Assembly (NCBI GenBank): GCA_964016885.1
Contig: OZ024764.1
Coordinates: forward strand, 20,646,001-20,710,000
Direction of reading: 5' to 3'
Source: Eledone cirrhosa
Lineage: Eukaryota
Length of the DNA: 64,000 nt
A program made the position numbers and the translations under genes. Within the stretch, counting starts at the first letter, position 1. The number at the start of each line of letters is the position of its first letter. The notes under the pieces were generated by a model. That model was not told the origin of the DNA. It was given only the letters and a program-made list of their open reading frames with translations, and searched no databases. Shown here piece after piece: positions 42,720 through 56,512 of the stretch.

Positions 42720-43215
42720 TGAATTTATATTTAACAGGGAGATCTTTTACCGTCCCTACCCTTTTCTCTAGGTTGTCTTGTATCTCTCTCACAGTCCCTA
42801 TATATATCTTATATTTAACAGGGAGATCTTTTACTATCCCTACCCTTTTCTCTAGATTGTCTTGTATCTCTTTCACAGTCCCTCTAGATCTTATATTTAA
42901 CAGGGAGATCTTTTACTAGCCCTACCCTTTTCTCTAGGTTTTCTTTTACCTCTCTCACAGTCCCTCTAGATCTTATATTTAACAGGGAGATCTTTTACTA
43001 GCCCTACCCTTTTCTCTAGGTTTTCTTTTACCTCTCTCACAGTCCCTCTAGATCTTATATTTAACAGGGAGATCTTTTACTCTCCAACCCTTTTCTCTAG
43101 GTCGTCTTGTACCTCCCTCACAATCCCTGTAGATCTTATATTTAACAGGGAGATCTTTTACTCTCCAATCCTTCTACAGATAGTCTTGTATATGTCATTC
43201 CCTCTAGATCTTACA
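42720..43215. repeat. 82-bp minisatellite derived from RTE coding sequence, about 6 copies
   Basis: Period 82 (42878, 42960, 43042); unit tccctctagatcttatatttaacagggagatcttttac...ctctcacag. Confidence 0.9.
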
Positions 43216-44767
43216 CCTCGTATCTAGTCTATGTTGAGTGGTACGTCCTTCTCCAGTAAAGGAGTTAATATTCCCAACCATCTGTCTATCCTGTTTTCTG
43301 ATGAGAATGAAGTCAATCTAGTTTATCTCTTCACCTGATTGAAGTAACTAGATCAAGTAACTAGATGGTTTCCTGTAAGTTAGTGTTGCAGTGTTTGTGT
43401 CACCATGTAAGGTTTATATCTATTTTATATAGAGATGTAGTAAAGTTTTCACTGTTGTATCTCTATTTTCTAAATATCTTAATGTTTCTCTACTATTTCG
43501 GAATATCACATGACCTTGACAGAAAAGAGTCTTTTAAAGACAACAGAAAGATGTTACATACAAGTGATATAAACTTGTTTAGTCTGTGGTGAATTATGGT
43601 GAAATATTTCTTCTGAATTGTGATAAATAACAACATTTTCCTTTTTCACTGTCTGCAATATTTACAAGATGATTTTACATTCTGATTAAACTTTAGATAT
43701 TTCCAAAGGAGTTTTCAAAATATTTGGATATTGACAAAGATCACATTTGGTAAAAATTATGAACAATAGAAATATTTACATCAACATAGGAATATTTTCC
43801 AGAAGAGATGGGAAAATCATTATACCACTGTAATATTTGTGGTAAAGTATTCTCTATTCTTTATATGTAGAACATCTAACTAAACACTTTAACTAACAAA
43901 CTATTGTGCTATAAAATTGACAAACTTGAGCAATGTTTAATAAATGTTACAGATTTCTCCAAACTGTCGTTTACTAACTTTAATTTGAAGCTATGTTATC
44001 TATATACTACTAAAACTCTGTAATTGTGTCTTGTCTAATTTAATACAGCTAAAACAGTGCATAATGGGGAAATACTTTGAAAGGAATAAAACAATTTTTG
44101 TATAAATTGGAGCACAGGTTCCCAAGATACAAGGTTTTCTGGGTACCTTTATATATATAGGGAGAGAAAGAGATAGTGGTTGTGAGAGTGAGGAGACAGA
44201 TGGAAGAGAGAGAGAGCTGGTGGTGTTGTTTAATAAAATGTGTGTGTGTGTATATATATATACGTATGTGTATATTTTAACTATTTAAAAATCATTTTTA
44301 AATGACTTTTAAAAAATAGTTTTATTGGAACGTGACCCAACAGGTCCCGGGTGGTCTAGTTTGTTACTAAATACTAGATATTAGAGGGTTATGTTGTTCT
44401 AGATGTGCTGGAAGAGCCATTCCATCTTGTGAGGTTCACACCAGCAGCTAGCCACCTCAGCACCTATGGTGGTATATTTATTATATTATTTATTCTTTAT
44501 CATTAACATTAATATAAAAGATAATTATATATTTTTAGAGAAGAACCTCTAATTTCATATAGCTTAGGGCTTCAGTAGGTAAAAGTTTGGCCCTGCTTGT
44601 CTTGTATTTTTTAGGGGAGAAGTTAGGGAATACTGTTATTGTGTGAAAGTTTTCTAAATCTTCTGCAGCCACTAACATGGAGAAGATATTTCAGTAAGAA
44701 GGTTCACATCCTGACATCTATAGCTGTTAACAATGAGATTGGAATTCATTATTAAACAAATGTTATA

Positions 44768-45781
44768 TCATCATCACTGTTTAACATCAGTTTTTTCACG
44801 CTGGCATGGTTTAGACGAGTTATCCTGTTGTAAGCAAAGCCAGGTCAGGTGATCACGTGTTGCTCCTACAGAACAAATTTTGGTTTGGTTTCTGCAGCTG
44901 GATGCCCTTCCTAGCACCAACCTTATTTACATTGAGTACTGGGTGCATTTTACCATCTCACCATCACGACCTCTTTACAGTGTGGGCTGGGTGCTTTTTG
45001 TTGTGACACCTATATGACCACTTTACAGTGTGGGCTGGGTGCTTTTTGTTGTGACAGCTACATGACCACTTTACAGTGTGCATTGGTTACTTTTTGTTGT
45101 GACACCAACATGACCACTTTATAGTGTGGACTGGGTACTTTTTGTTGTGACACCAACATGACCATTTTAAAGTTTTGGCTGGGTACTTTTTGTTGTCACC
45201 TACATGACCACTTTACAGTGTGGGCTGGGTGTTTTTTGCCGTGACACCTATGCAACCGCTTTACAGCGTGGGCTAGTTTCTTTTTGTCATGTCACCTACA
45301 TGACCAGTTTATAGTATTGGCTGTGTGTTCTTTACAGTGTGGGCTGGTTTCTTTTTGTTATATCACCTACATGACCACCTTATAGTGTTGGCGGTGTGTT
45401 CTTTGCAGTGTGGGCTGGTTTCTTTTTTTCATGTCACCTACATGACCAGTTTATAGTATTGGCTGTGTGTTCTTTACAGTGTGGGCTGGTTTCTTTTTGT
45501 CATATCACCTACATGACCACCTTATAATTTTGACTGTGTGTTCTTTGCAGTGTGGGCTGGTTTCTTTTTGTCATATCACCTACATGACCACCTTATAATG
45601 TTGACTGTGTGTTCTTTACAGTGTGGGTTGGGTGCTTTTTGTCATATCTCCTACCCAACCACTTTGCAGTGTGGGCAGTGAAATATCAGTAATGCACCAG
45701 CTCCAATATTCAGTAATCAGAAGAAGGGAGGTAGGCATAAAAGCCAAACTTGCTGTCTTCAATTAGGTTTTTGTGCCAACC
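44768..45781 (-). mobile_element. RTE tail with 48/71-bp repeats (third copy)
   Basis: Homologous to 7337-8180. Confidence 0.72.
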
Positions 45782-46463
45782 CTTTGGATATTTACAAAGG
45801 AGTTTTCAAAATATTTGGATATTGACAAAGATCACATTTGGTAAAATTATGAACAATAGAAATATTTACATCAACATAGGAATATTTTCCAGAAGAGATG
45901 GGAAAATCATTATACCACTAATATTTGTGGTAAAGTATTCTCTCTTTATATGTAGAACATCTAACTAAACACTTTAACTAACAAACTATTGTGCTATAGA
46001 ATTGACAAACTTGAACAATGTTTAATAAATGTTACAGATTTCTCCAAACTGTCGTTTACTAACTTTAATTTGAAGCTATATTATCTATATACTACTAAAA
46101 CTCTGTGATTGTGTCTTGTCCGTAATTTAATACAGCTAAAACAGTGCATAATGGGGAAATACTTTGAAAAGAATAAAACAAGTTTTGTATAAAATGGAGC
46201 ACAGGTTCCCAAGATACGGGTTTTCTGGTTACCTTCATAAATATAGGGAGAGAGCGAGACAGTGGTGGTGAGAGAGTGGGCGCTGGTGGTGTTGTTTAAT
46301 AAATTGTGTGTGTGTATATATATATATACGTTTATTGTGTGAAAGTTTTCTAAATCTTCTTCAGCCACTAATATGGAGAAGATATTTCAGTAAAAAGGTT
46401 CACATCCTGACATCTATAGCTGTTAACAATGAGATTGGAATTCATTATTAAACAAATGTTATA

Positions 46464-47010
46464 TCATCATCACTGTTTTACATCAGTTTTTCCTTCCTGG
46501 CATGGGTTAGACGAGTTATCCTGTTGTAAGCAATGCCAGGTCAGGTGACCACGTGTTGCTCCTACAGAACCAATTTTGATTTTGTTTCTACAGCTGGATG
46601 CCCTTCCTAGCACCAACCTTATTTACATTGAGTACTGGGTGATTTTTACTATCTAACCAACTCGACCACTTCACAGTGTGGGCTGGGTGCTTTTGTACTT
46701 TTTGTCATGGCACCTACATGACCACTTTACAGTGAGTACTGGGTACTTTTTATCGTGACACCTACAGTACCACTTTACAGGGTGGACTGGGTACTTTTTT
46801 CCATGATACCAATGTGACCACTTTACAGTGTGGATTGGGTACTTTTTGTCGTGACACCTACATGACCACTTTACAATGTGGAATGGGTACTTTTTGTTGT
46901 GACACCTACATGACCACTTTACAGTGTGGATTGGGTACTTTTTGTCGTGACACCTACACAACCTCTTTACAGTGTTGGCAGTGAAATCTAATGCACCAGC
47001 TTCAGTAATC
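46464..47010 (-). mobile_element. RTE tail with 48-bp repeats (fourth copy)
   Basis: Same tail and repeat. Confidence 0.72.
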
Positions 47011-47058
47011 AGAATATACATATACACACACACAAACACAAATATATATATATATATT

Positions 47059-49125
47059 CAGTGGTACCTTGACTTACAAGTGTCCCAACTAATAAGTTTT
47101 TCGAGATACGAGCCCTCTCTCGGCTGATTTTTTGCGTTGAGTTCCAGAGTAAAATTCGGGTTACGAATCAGCTTCAGATGCCCCGCCACTAGTTGGCATA
47201 GTGACCGCCACAGGCAATACCGTAACACCCGCCCGGCATCCCATGGCTTCGAAGAAAGTGAGGGCGAAGGACAGTTCTGAGAAGAAGAAGCAGATGATGT
47301 GTATTGAATTAAAGAAAGAAATTATAGAAAAACATGACCAAGGTGTGTGTAGTGGACTTGGTGAAGTAGTACGAGCGTAGCACTTCTACGATATGTACCA
47401 TACTGAAGTAGGAGGACTTGATAAAGGCTATAACCCCAGCTAAGGGTGGTAAAATAATTTCTAAATAGCGGACATCTATCCATGAAAATATGGAAAAGCT
47501 GCTGATGGTGTGGTTGACGGAGAAGCAGCTCGCAAGAGATACTGTGATGAAGATTATAATATGTGAGAAGGCACGAGCTATTTACGCTGATTTGCTGCAG
47601 CAGACCCCAGGTACTTCTACGGACGAGCCATCGGCAAGCCCTTTAATGCCAGTCGGGGTTGGTTTGAGAATTTTAAAAAGAGGACCTGCATTCACTCAGT
47701 TGTCAGGCATGGTGAGGCAGCGAGCGCGGATATGAAGGCAGCTGAGGATTACCTCAAAACCTTTGCCGGAATTATAGCAGCCAAAGGATACATCCCTCAG
47801 CAAGTCTTTAACTGTGATGAAACAGGACTTTTTGGGAAGAAGATGCCAAGGAGGACTTATATAACGGCAGAGGAGAAGAGGATGCCTGGCCACAAACCCA
47901 TGAAGGATAGGCTAACCCTCGCACTGTGTGCCACTGAGCGGCGAGTGTTAGATTAAGTTGCCGCTCGTTTATCATTCAGAAAACTCCAGAACCTTTAAGT
48001 CACATAAGATTCTGAAAGAAAAACTGCAGGTTATGTGGAGGGCAAACCCGAGGTCATGGGTCACCAGGTAGTTCTTTGTGGAGTGGGTGAATTTGGTCTT
48101 TGGTCCTGACGTTAAAAAATATCTCCATGAAAATAACCTACCCCTGTAAACCCTTCTTGTCCTACATAATGCACCTGCTCACCAACCCACCCTCGAAGAG
48201 TTCAAGTTTATAAAGGTCCTCTACCTTCCACCAAACACCACCCCTATCCTACAGCCCAAGGACCAGCAGGTACCTTCTAATTTCAAGAAGCTCTTCACCA
48301 AGCACCTGTTCAGTCGCTGCTTTGAAGTGACGGAGAGCACAAACTTCACCCTTGAGAGGTCTGGAAGGACCATTATAACATCGTGATATGCCTCAGAATT
48401 ATCGATATGACATGGTAGGGTCTTACAAAGAGGACCTTGACCTCTACATGGAAGAAGCTGTGGCCTGAAGTTGTGTCTAAAACGGACTTTGAAAGACTCG
48501 AACCCGAAGCGGCAGTGGTGGAGGAGATTGTACCCCTCGGTAAGTCCATGGGCTTGGGCATGGATGAAGGTGACATCAACGAGCTCATCGAGGAGCACCC
48601 CGAGGAAATGACAACGAAGGAATTAAAGGAGCTACAGACACAGCAATACACGGAGTTTTTGCAGGAAATAGGTGACACAGAGGAGGTTATCTCAACAAGT
48701 GAGATGAAACAAACCTCATTAGACAGGTTTTTATCGAAAATCCCTGCAGATAAAAGTGAGGAAAGCGTGGCGAAAAGAGCAAAAATCAGCGAATAAGATT
48801 CAGTTATTCAGTTCATCCTTTCTCCTCCGTCAACATCCTCAAGTCGTCTGATCTCCAAGATAGATGCTGTACATTCTACTTAATAATACTAGTTTATTGT
48901 AGTACATTCTATTGTATTGTTTTTTATATACAATATTTGTTATTTATAAGTACATTTTTCTTATTTAAAAACACGTAACAAAACAAACTGTGGTTTTTTG
49001 GGGGTCTGGAACGGATTAATGGCATTTTATTTTATTTCAGTGGGGAAAATTGATTTGACATACGAGTAATTTAAGTTACGAGGTCCTCCACGGAACAAAT
49101 TAAACTCATAAGTCAAGGTACCACA

Positions 49126-49126
<1 letters not shown>
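47059..49126 (+). mobile_element. Near full-length, dead Tigger/pogo DNA transposon
   Basis: TIRs cagtggtaccttgacttac and taagtcaaggtaccacag; CENP-B-like HTH (IELKKEIIEKH, MEKLLMVWL) and DDE (VFNCDETGLF.KKMPRRTYI, KDRLTL); stops and frameshifts. Confidence 0.92.
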
Positions 49127-49159
<33 letters not shown>

Positions 49160-49168
49160 GAAGGAACG

Positions 49169-49332
49169 ATCGACTTTCGTCAAATCGGACCGAGGAAGCA
49201 ATGTTTCCATTGGTCTTTCTAATTGCTAGTACTATCGGTCGCAACTCCAGGTAGAAGGAACAACGTGAAATAAAGTGTCTTGCTCAAGGTCATAACGCAT
49301 CGCCTGGTCCAGGAATCGAACTCACAACCTCA
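49169..49332 (-). mobile_element. tRNA-derived SINE, reverse orientation, A box missing
   Basis: Reverse complement of about 11690-11858. Confidence 0.75.
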
Positions 49333-50327
49333 AGATATATATATATAAATGAAGAATATAGAAATTATTGTAGCAAAAAGCCAACAGTATTCCATTTCAT
49401 TTCATTTCATTTGAGTTTGAGTCCATGCTCAGGCCAAGTCGAAGACTCCACCCTCAATCGAAGACTCCACCCATTATATATATTTATATATAGTATAAAA
49501 GAGAAAACACAGGTAAGCATTAAGAGAAGGATTTTATCCAGGTATTTACGACCGTTTCATTGGTAAGTGCAACCTTATATTTCTATCCTGCAAATAGCAG
49601 CCACTCAATTATAATTGTTGTTCTGTTCACAGTCCAAATTTTCAAAATAGTAAGTTACTCTTGAAATAATTCTTAATATATAGAGAAAAACATTTATTTG
49701 GAATTGTATTTACTAGTATAGAGAGAGAGGAATCAGAAGGTGAGGGGACAGACGGAATAGTATAGAGAGAGAGGAAGGGGGAAGAGGTAGGAAGTAGAGT
49801 GACAAACTGAGATGGAGGGAGGGGTAGAGGTGGCAGGATTCTTTGGTCAGTTTTGACAGCAGACTTCATGTCGTGGAATGTAGTGAGTTAAAGAGAATTA
49901 AATTGATCATTTTTGGAGGGATGGATATATATATATATAGTTAAATATTAGACAGGAACAAAAAACAGGCAGTGCAAATGGTAGTTTATACCGAGAGAGA
50001 GACAGACAAACACATCTATACCCCTACCACAGTAAAACAAAACATATGTAAGGGGAGACAACTCTCGTTACATCCCCCCTTCTTTTTGATATACGTCCTT
50101 TACATACTTTGTTCAATGGAATCTGCTTTATTTTGTGTCCTAAGTAGATTTCTGTTTAATTATTTACGAGATTCACAATGATTCACGTAACAAAGTTACT
50201 TACATAGAGATATATTTCACATAGAATCACAACAAATGAAAATATTAAGTCAACATTCTGTCAATCAGTCTCACATCACATGGGGTGCTGGAGTCTCCTT
50301 CTAATACTTTCTGAGACAGTCTTACCT

Positions 50328-50473
50328 CGAGTGATAGCAAGGCTAAGATGTTGGAACTACCAAACACCCTCATATGTATCACCTGACACCTCGGTAAGGA
50401 GAGCTGCCAACGATAACAAGAACCTCGTTGTCAGGGACCTATCTCCTCCAAACTTCTCCAACACCACAGACTA
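50328..50473 (-). mobile_element. CRE RLE-end fragment unique to this spacer
   Basis: ggctaagatgttggaactaccaaacaccctcatatgtatcacctgacacctcggtaagg resembles 2183-2241. Confidence 0.65.
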
Positions 50474-50963
50474 GAATATTCTACTCTTTATTCCCTATCA
50501 AATATATTTCAGTCTAGTCATTTGTCTTGTATCTTGTATATATATTTTCAAAACTAACTGTCACATTTGTAAGACCCCAGTTAGTGATGTTTTTCTCTCC
50601 CTCCCACATGCTACATGCTGTAGTAAAAGTGAGGGTCACTGCTTCTGTAGACGAACGAAATAAAAGCTAAACTACCAGTAATTATCGGCAAAGTATTTAT
50701 TCCAGTCTGTGATGTTTGAGAAGCTGGGCTGCTGACAACGAAGTTGTTGTAACTGTTGGCGGCTGGCTTTACCGAAGTACCCGATGACTCTTGTGAGGGT
50801 ACTTAGCTGTTCTGGCGGTTTAGCCTCCATATGACCCGATCTTACCGAGATACCCGGTGATCTCTGTCAGAGTACTTAGCTGTTCTATTTTAATTACATT
50901 TACTGATTTCAACTTTCATTTTCTTTATTACAAACTTTACATAATTTAATTCGGTAAAAATAT

Positions 50964-51109
50964 TTTACGTCACAAAAAAACTTGACCTTTGACATTGAAG
51001 CATGCGCAGTGGTGCAGTTGTCGACTTCCTGTCCACGTGTCAGTCTTCCTCCAACATCATTTAGAAAACATTTCTGTAAATACTAAACACCTGAGACTAT
51101 AATGTAAGT
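50964..51109 (+). promoter_or_regulatory. Putative core promoter and non-coding exon 1 of ZNF4
   Basis: Same motif cluster as 12453-12598; Inr-like TCAGTC at 51040; donor GTAAGT at 51104. Confidence 0.6.
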
Positions 51110-52099
51110 ATTATGTCTATTAATATTGTAGATTTAAGCTCACTTTTCACATCACAAATATATATTTTCTTGTTTGTTTCATTACTGGAAATATAAAATG
51201 TTATCGTAATTATCTATATTTTACCTACCTCTAATTAATTAAAGTGAAAACTTTTGTTGTTGCTGAAAAATAAATTAACAAAACTAAATATTTAAATATT
51301 CTAAAATATCGTTTTTATATTATGTGATGATATAATTAATATATTTTATTACAATTGTATAAATTTACAGTAGAATAACGTTGTAAATATGTTTTAAATA
51401 TATACATAAATAACATAAGTGTGTAAATAACATTATAAATTGCTGGCAATTCCTTGAGAAAGACATTACAAATATATTGTCTAAACTGTGTATAATAATA
51501 TAATTTATTGAACAATAATGATAAAGGAAAGAAAAACACAGTGGGAGATGGCAATTGACCACCAAACGAGGTAAACATTTTCAACTTTCCCCCTTTTTTT
51601 GCTTTGTCCGAGACAACTCAAAATATTCTTCAAGGAACTGGATTTTCCATTCGGTTGGATCGAACGGGTTTTACCATTTATAATCTACGGAGAGGAATAA
51701 CAGATGTTCGGAGGAAAAAAGAATTGTTTGTGGCAACAACGTAGGGAACCAACCTGGAGCAATTGTATCACACAATTATACTTTCCTCCTTAACATACAC
51801 TTACAATTTTTCAAAATCAAACCCCCCAAATATAAAATATAAATAATTATAAATGGCGAGGAACCATCCCATCTCCCTCTTGAAATAACCTGAATCTATT
51901 TATAGTCAGGTGTGACTGAAAGGTCAATCCATACTTCCATTCTATTTCACAGAATTAGAAGCTTTGACCACTTGATAGAATTCAGGTCCAGTAATGTAAT
52001 CACTCCGTAATTGTAAACATCTTGTATCACTATCATTCAGGTTTTGATTTTACTTAAGTCTTGCCCATGTTTTTTTTTTTTTTTTTCTTTTTTACACAA

Positions 52100-55000
52100 A
52101 CTCACAATTTCGGTTTTTACTGCGGATTTACCCATGCGAACTATTACACAAACTCACAGCCTTAGATTTTGTATTTCTAGCGTTTTTATTTTCCTTCTCT
52201 TTGCACGTTCAGTGCTCTTTCTCTCCCACTGTATTTATCTGCCTCTCACATGACCACACTCCTCTCCACGCACTCATCATCTTCTCACTCCTTCTCCACC
52301 TTCCATCCCTCCCCTTGCGCAACCCTTACTTCCTCCTCGCGCACAGCCCACCTAGGTATTCGTTCAACCCGCCGGTGGCCCGATGTTTCGACCGAACTAT
52401 TACCGGCGATTGCCGATTGCTAAAGTTGCCACCACTTTAACCTTGTCCACTCTAGGTGGCAGTGGCATGCGTCGAACAACCAAGAGACCTGCTTGGTGGA
52501 ACGACTAATGTGACAACCGGTCAGCCTTCGACCTCTCATTCTCCACCAACTGCAGCACGCACGAGAGGAGCTAACTTGACCCCACCTACCCCTCTTCTCC
52601 TTCACGGCAGATTCCGAACGAATCCAACCCGGCCAACAACACCACCCCTACAACTGTTAGCTCACCACCCAACCCCCGCTTTAGTCCCACCGTTAGAACC
52701 ACTGCTGTCTCCTTTACTGACTCACTCCCTTCACCGAATTCCAACGCTGGCCCTCTACTGCCGGCTGTTGCCAGCCCACCACCTGATTGCGCCCTCTGTG
52801 CCTGCACTAACCAGTACTTAAAGACAATTAAATGTCACCTATGCCACGCAAGCTACCACAGAAGCTGTGTCGGCATCACCAAAGCTCAAGCCGAAAGGCT
52901 CCAACACTGGACCTGTCATCGGTGCCACTTCAGCTCCGACTATTCCGTGGGGATGACCAACACTCTACCGACGACTTTGCCACAACCCCTAGGGCTTCTC
53001 CAAATCAAAGCTCGTTAACCGAACCCTTAAGGTAGCTCGGAACAGCTTTGCAGGTGCCCTCTCTAATTTACTGAAAAACGTTTGCTCGTCCAACAATAGA
53101 CTGGCAGAAATTGTTTTTGTTTCCCCTCATCTCTCTTCACGTGCACAATGCGAACTCGGGTTCCCTCAAGTCCTCTCTCAAGCGGCAGTTCCAGCTGTTT
53201 GAGTCCACCCCAACCACGTCTCATCTCAGTTCGTCTCCGAGCTCGGTGTCCACCAACAGACAACCGGTAGACCTCAAGCGAGCCGTCAATGCCAAATTCA
53301 GCGAATTTGACATTAAAGGGGCTGTCCTCCCTTGCTCCATTGCAACTCTGACTCTCGTGAGCGTCTGAAAGAGAAGCACCCCCCAGATGATCAGCAACAC
53401 TGGCCCGAACCACCAGAATACTTTAGACCGGTTTACACCACCGATATCATCAGAAAGGCGATTTCATCCTTCCCCGCTGGGTCAGGCGCGGGAATTGACG
53501 TCCTTCGTCCTCAACACCTCAAGGATGGTATCTCCTTATCGGCCGGTGATGCCGGACTCGAGCTCTTGGAGAGTCTGACTCAGTTTGTGAATCAGTGAAC
53601 GTTCTCCCGTTCATCCGCCCACTGTTCTTCGGTGCGAAGCTATTTGGTCTAACCAAGCCCAACGGGGACCTGCGCCGCATTGCGGTTGGCTGCACACCAC
53701 GCCGCCTCACTGCAAAGGCGTGATTGCTGTTGGTCTCCAACCCACTGGCGGAGGAATTTTCCCCCATCCAGCTGTGGGTGGGTACCAGGTTGGGATGTGT
53801 GGCTGCTGTCCACGCTGCCAGAGAATTTGCCAACTTGCCCTCCTCATCCCCCAAGGTCATCCTCAAACTTGACCTCAGGAATGCCTTCAACTCCGTCAGC
53901 CGTAACATCGTCCTCGGCTCAGTAAGAGAGAGGGTCCCACAACTCTACCACTTTGCTTGGCAGGCTTATCGGGAACCCTCCTACCTCTCTTTCAGTAACC
54001 AGATCATCACCTCTGCCTCAGGAGTCCAACAGGGTGACCCACTCGGGACCCCCCCCCCCGCACTGGACATTGATGACGTCACCAAGATGGGGGCTGAGTT
54101 GGACCTCAATGTCTGGTAGCTCGACGACGCCTGTTTGGGGGGAACTCCGGATATGGTTCTCGCCACTGCCAACAGGATGGTGGAGGAGCTTGGCGCCGGG
54201 GTCTCCAGATCAATAGCTCCAAATGTGAGCTCTGGATCCTCAACCACCCGGCTTCTTAACACCAACAGCTGATCGACCTGTTCGCAGAGTCCTTCCCTTC
54301 CATCACAGTCCCACCCCCGTCGGCTTGGTGCTCCTTAGGAGCCCCAATCACAGACCTGGCCTTCGAGTCAACCATCCAATCGAAGATGGTTGGCCTTGAG
54401 CAGCTGCTGAGGAATATTGAAGATATCGAACCCCATCAAGGTTTCTTCTTACTCAGGAACTACCTGTCTATTCCTAAGCTTCTGTATCTGCTCAGGGTCA
54501 GCCCCTCTCACAGATTTCTATCCTGCCTCCAACGCTTCGACGACCTAATCTTCGAGAGACTCGAGTGTCTGGTCAATGTTAGTAAGTGTTCGTCCCTCTC
54601 TCTCCCCTGCTTCCTTTCCTCCACCCAAGCTTGCAGCATCCTCTCCTCTCCAACATGGACTAGTTCCAACAGGGAGTTGTGTGAAGCTCTCCAGCAATGG
54701 AGTGAGTTGGGCTTGTCTCTTCCTGAGAAGGTGGAGGACAGTCGAAGTCAGAGAACTTGGGACAGGATACGTTGGAATGCCACCTTCGACTCCCTCTTCG
54801 TCCTCTCAGATCAGTCTGCAAGGTGCCGCTTACCATCTGCCAGTGCCAAATACTCCGGTGACTGGGTCGATGCCTTACCCGTGGCCAACGTTGGAGGCCT
54901 ACTCAGCCTGGATGAACTTCGTGTCTCCATCACCCTCAGAGTGGGAGCTGACGTCTGCATGGGTTTGAGATGTGGCTAACTCCTCCACTCCACAGGCCTC

Positions 55001-55640
55001 CACGGTCTTTCTTGCCGCCTGAATGCCGGCCACTTCGCCCGTCACACGGAGCTAAACTTTATTCTGAAGAGAGCTTTGGCCCGGGCAAACATCGCCTCAG
55101 TCTTGGAACCATCTGGGTTGTCCAGAAGTGACGGCAAAAGACCTGACGGCCTTACCCTGTGCCCCTGGTCGAGAGGCAGGTGCCTAATCTGGGACGTCAC
55201 TGTTAGTGACTCCTTTGCTCTTTCCCACATCCTTGATGCTGCGGTAAGGACGAGAGCCACAGCTTCGGCAGCCGAGCGGAGTAAGACCCTCAAATACTCT
55301 GATCTGTCGGCCAGCTACATTTTTCAGCCTGTGGCTTTCGAGACGTTTGGGGGAGTCGGGCTGCTGACTGCGAGGTTCCTTTCCTCACTGGCGGCTCGCC
55401 TTATAGAGGTAACTGGCGAAATCGCAAGGGCGCTTGGCTGTTCCAGCACTTCAGCCTCGCCATCACCCGAGGTAACACTGCCAGTGTGCTGGCTTGCCTC
55501 GAAACTCATTAGAGAGGTTTCCCTGTACCCCTCGTTGCTGTCTTTTGCTCTGGTGTTGGCTCCGTTGTCCACCCCTTCCTTTACATTTTCTTTAATATTG
55601 CAACATTGAAGGAATTTATCTTTCATTGTATCATCCTTTA
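52100..55640 (+). mobile_element. Dead CRE-clade retrotransposon, copy 3 (most complete)
   Basis: RT and RLE motifs as above; a deletion at 55640 removes the inverted fragment and most of the MITE. Confidence 0.85.
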
Positions 55641-55667
55641 TCTACAAATCTAGTCGTTTCCTGTTAC

Positions 55668-56305
55668 TTTGTTCCCTGGGGTATGCCTTAGTATTTGACA
55701 CCATCTATCTGTCTTACTCCCTAACTAGCAAGAAGTCAATCTGCCTCATGTGCTCACCTGATTGGTAGGTTATTAGGTGGTTGGTAGGTTTCTTGAAGTG
55801 TTGCAAATTGTTAGTTCACTTGCATCACAAAATAAAAGATGCCTCACTCCTTCATCGTTTCTTGAGCCATAACCATGACCACCATGTACCCCAGTATATC
55901 CATCCTGGAGCTGTCCAACATGACCATTGAAGTCCCCTGCTATTATAACTAGGTCTCTGTCATTGTGGTTATCTCTACTTATTCCTTTTCTACATATGGA
56001 GCAGGGCCACTTTCCTGAAGGTGTCAGGGTCTTCTCTCCTATCCATTACCACTTTAGTTTTGGCTAAGTATATTCTCAGCACTTACCATTTCAAATTCTA
56101 TATCTATAGTTGGTCATCTACATAGAGAAGTTTCCATAGACTGCCAGTCTTAAACCTCTCTGTTATGGCTTGGAGAACTATGATGAACAACAGTGGGCTA
56201 AGAACTAAACCATGATGAACTCCTACCTGTACCTTCAATTCCTCACTAAACACACTTTACTGACAGCTTCTCACAAGCCATTCTTCTACACCTAATTTCT
56301 ATAAC
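55668..56305 (-). mobile_element. Decayed RTE fragments, unit 4
   Basis: Homologous to 2644-3275. Confidence 0.78.
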
Positions 56306-56512
56306 CCTTTAGTATATAAACTGGCCATATCTGGCCAGACTTCTCCCACATCTTTCTGTTCAAACTGGCCCTAACTGGTCACTTATACTTATGTTAAGGT
56401 ATTGTTCTCAAAATAAATAACATGAAAATCTCAGATTTGATATTATGTGAGATAAAGCATTTACTGTGAAAATATAATAGTAAATATAGAGTAATGTGAA
56501 TACTAAAGTGTT

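Noticed and set aside
47243-48796. Functional TIGD/CENP-B-like gene
   Set aside because: Multiple stops and frameshifts, flanked by TIRs.
49490-49915. Possible Penelope-like end with a hammerhead ribozyme (minus-strand gaaacggtcgtaa)
   Set aside because: No matching CUGAUGA core or GIY-YIG motif could be found by eye; left unassigned.
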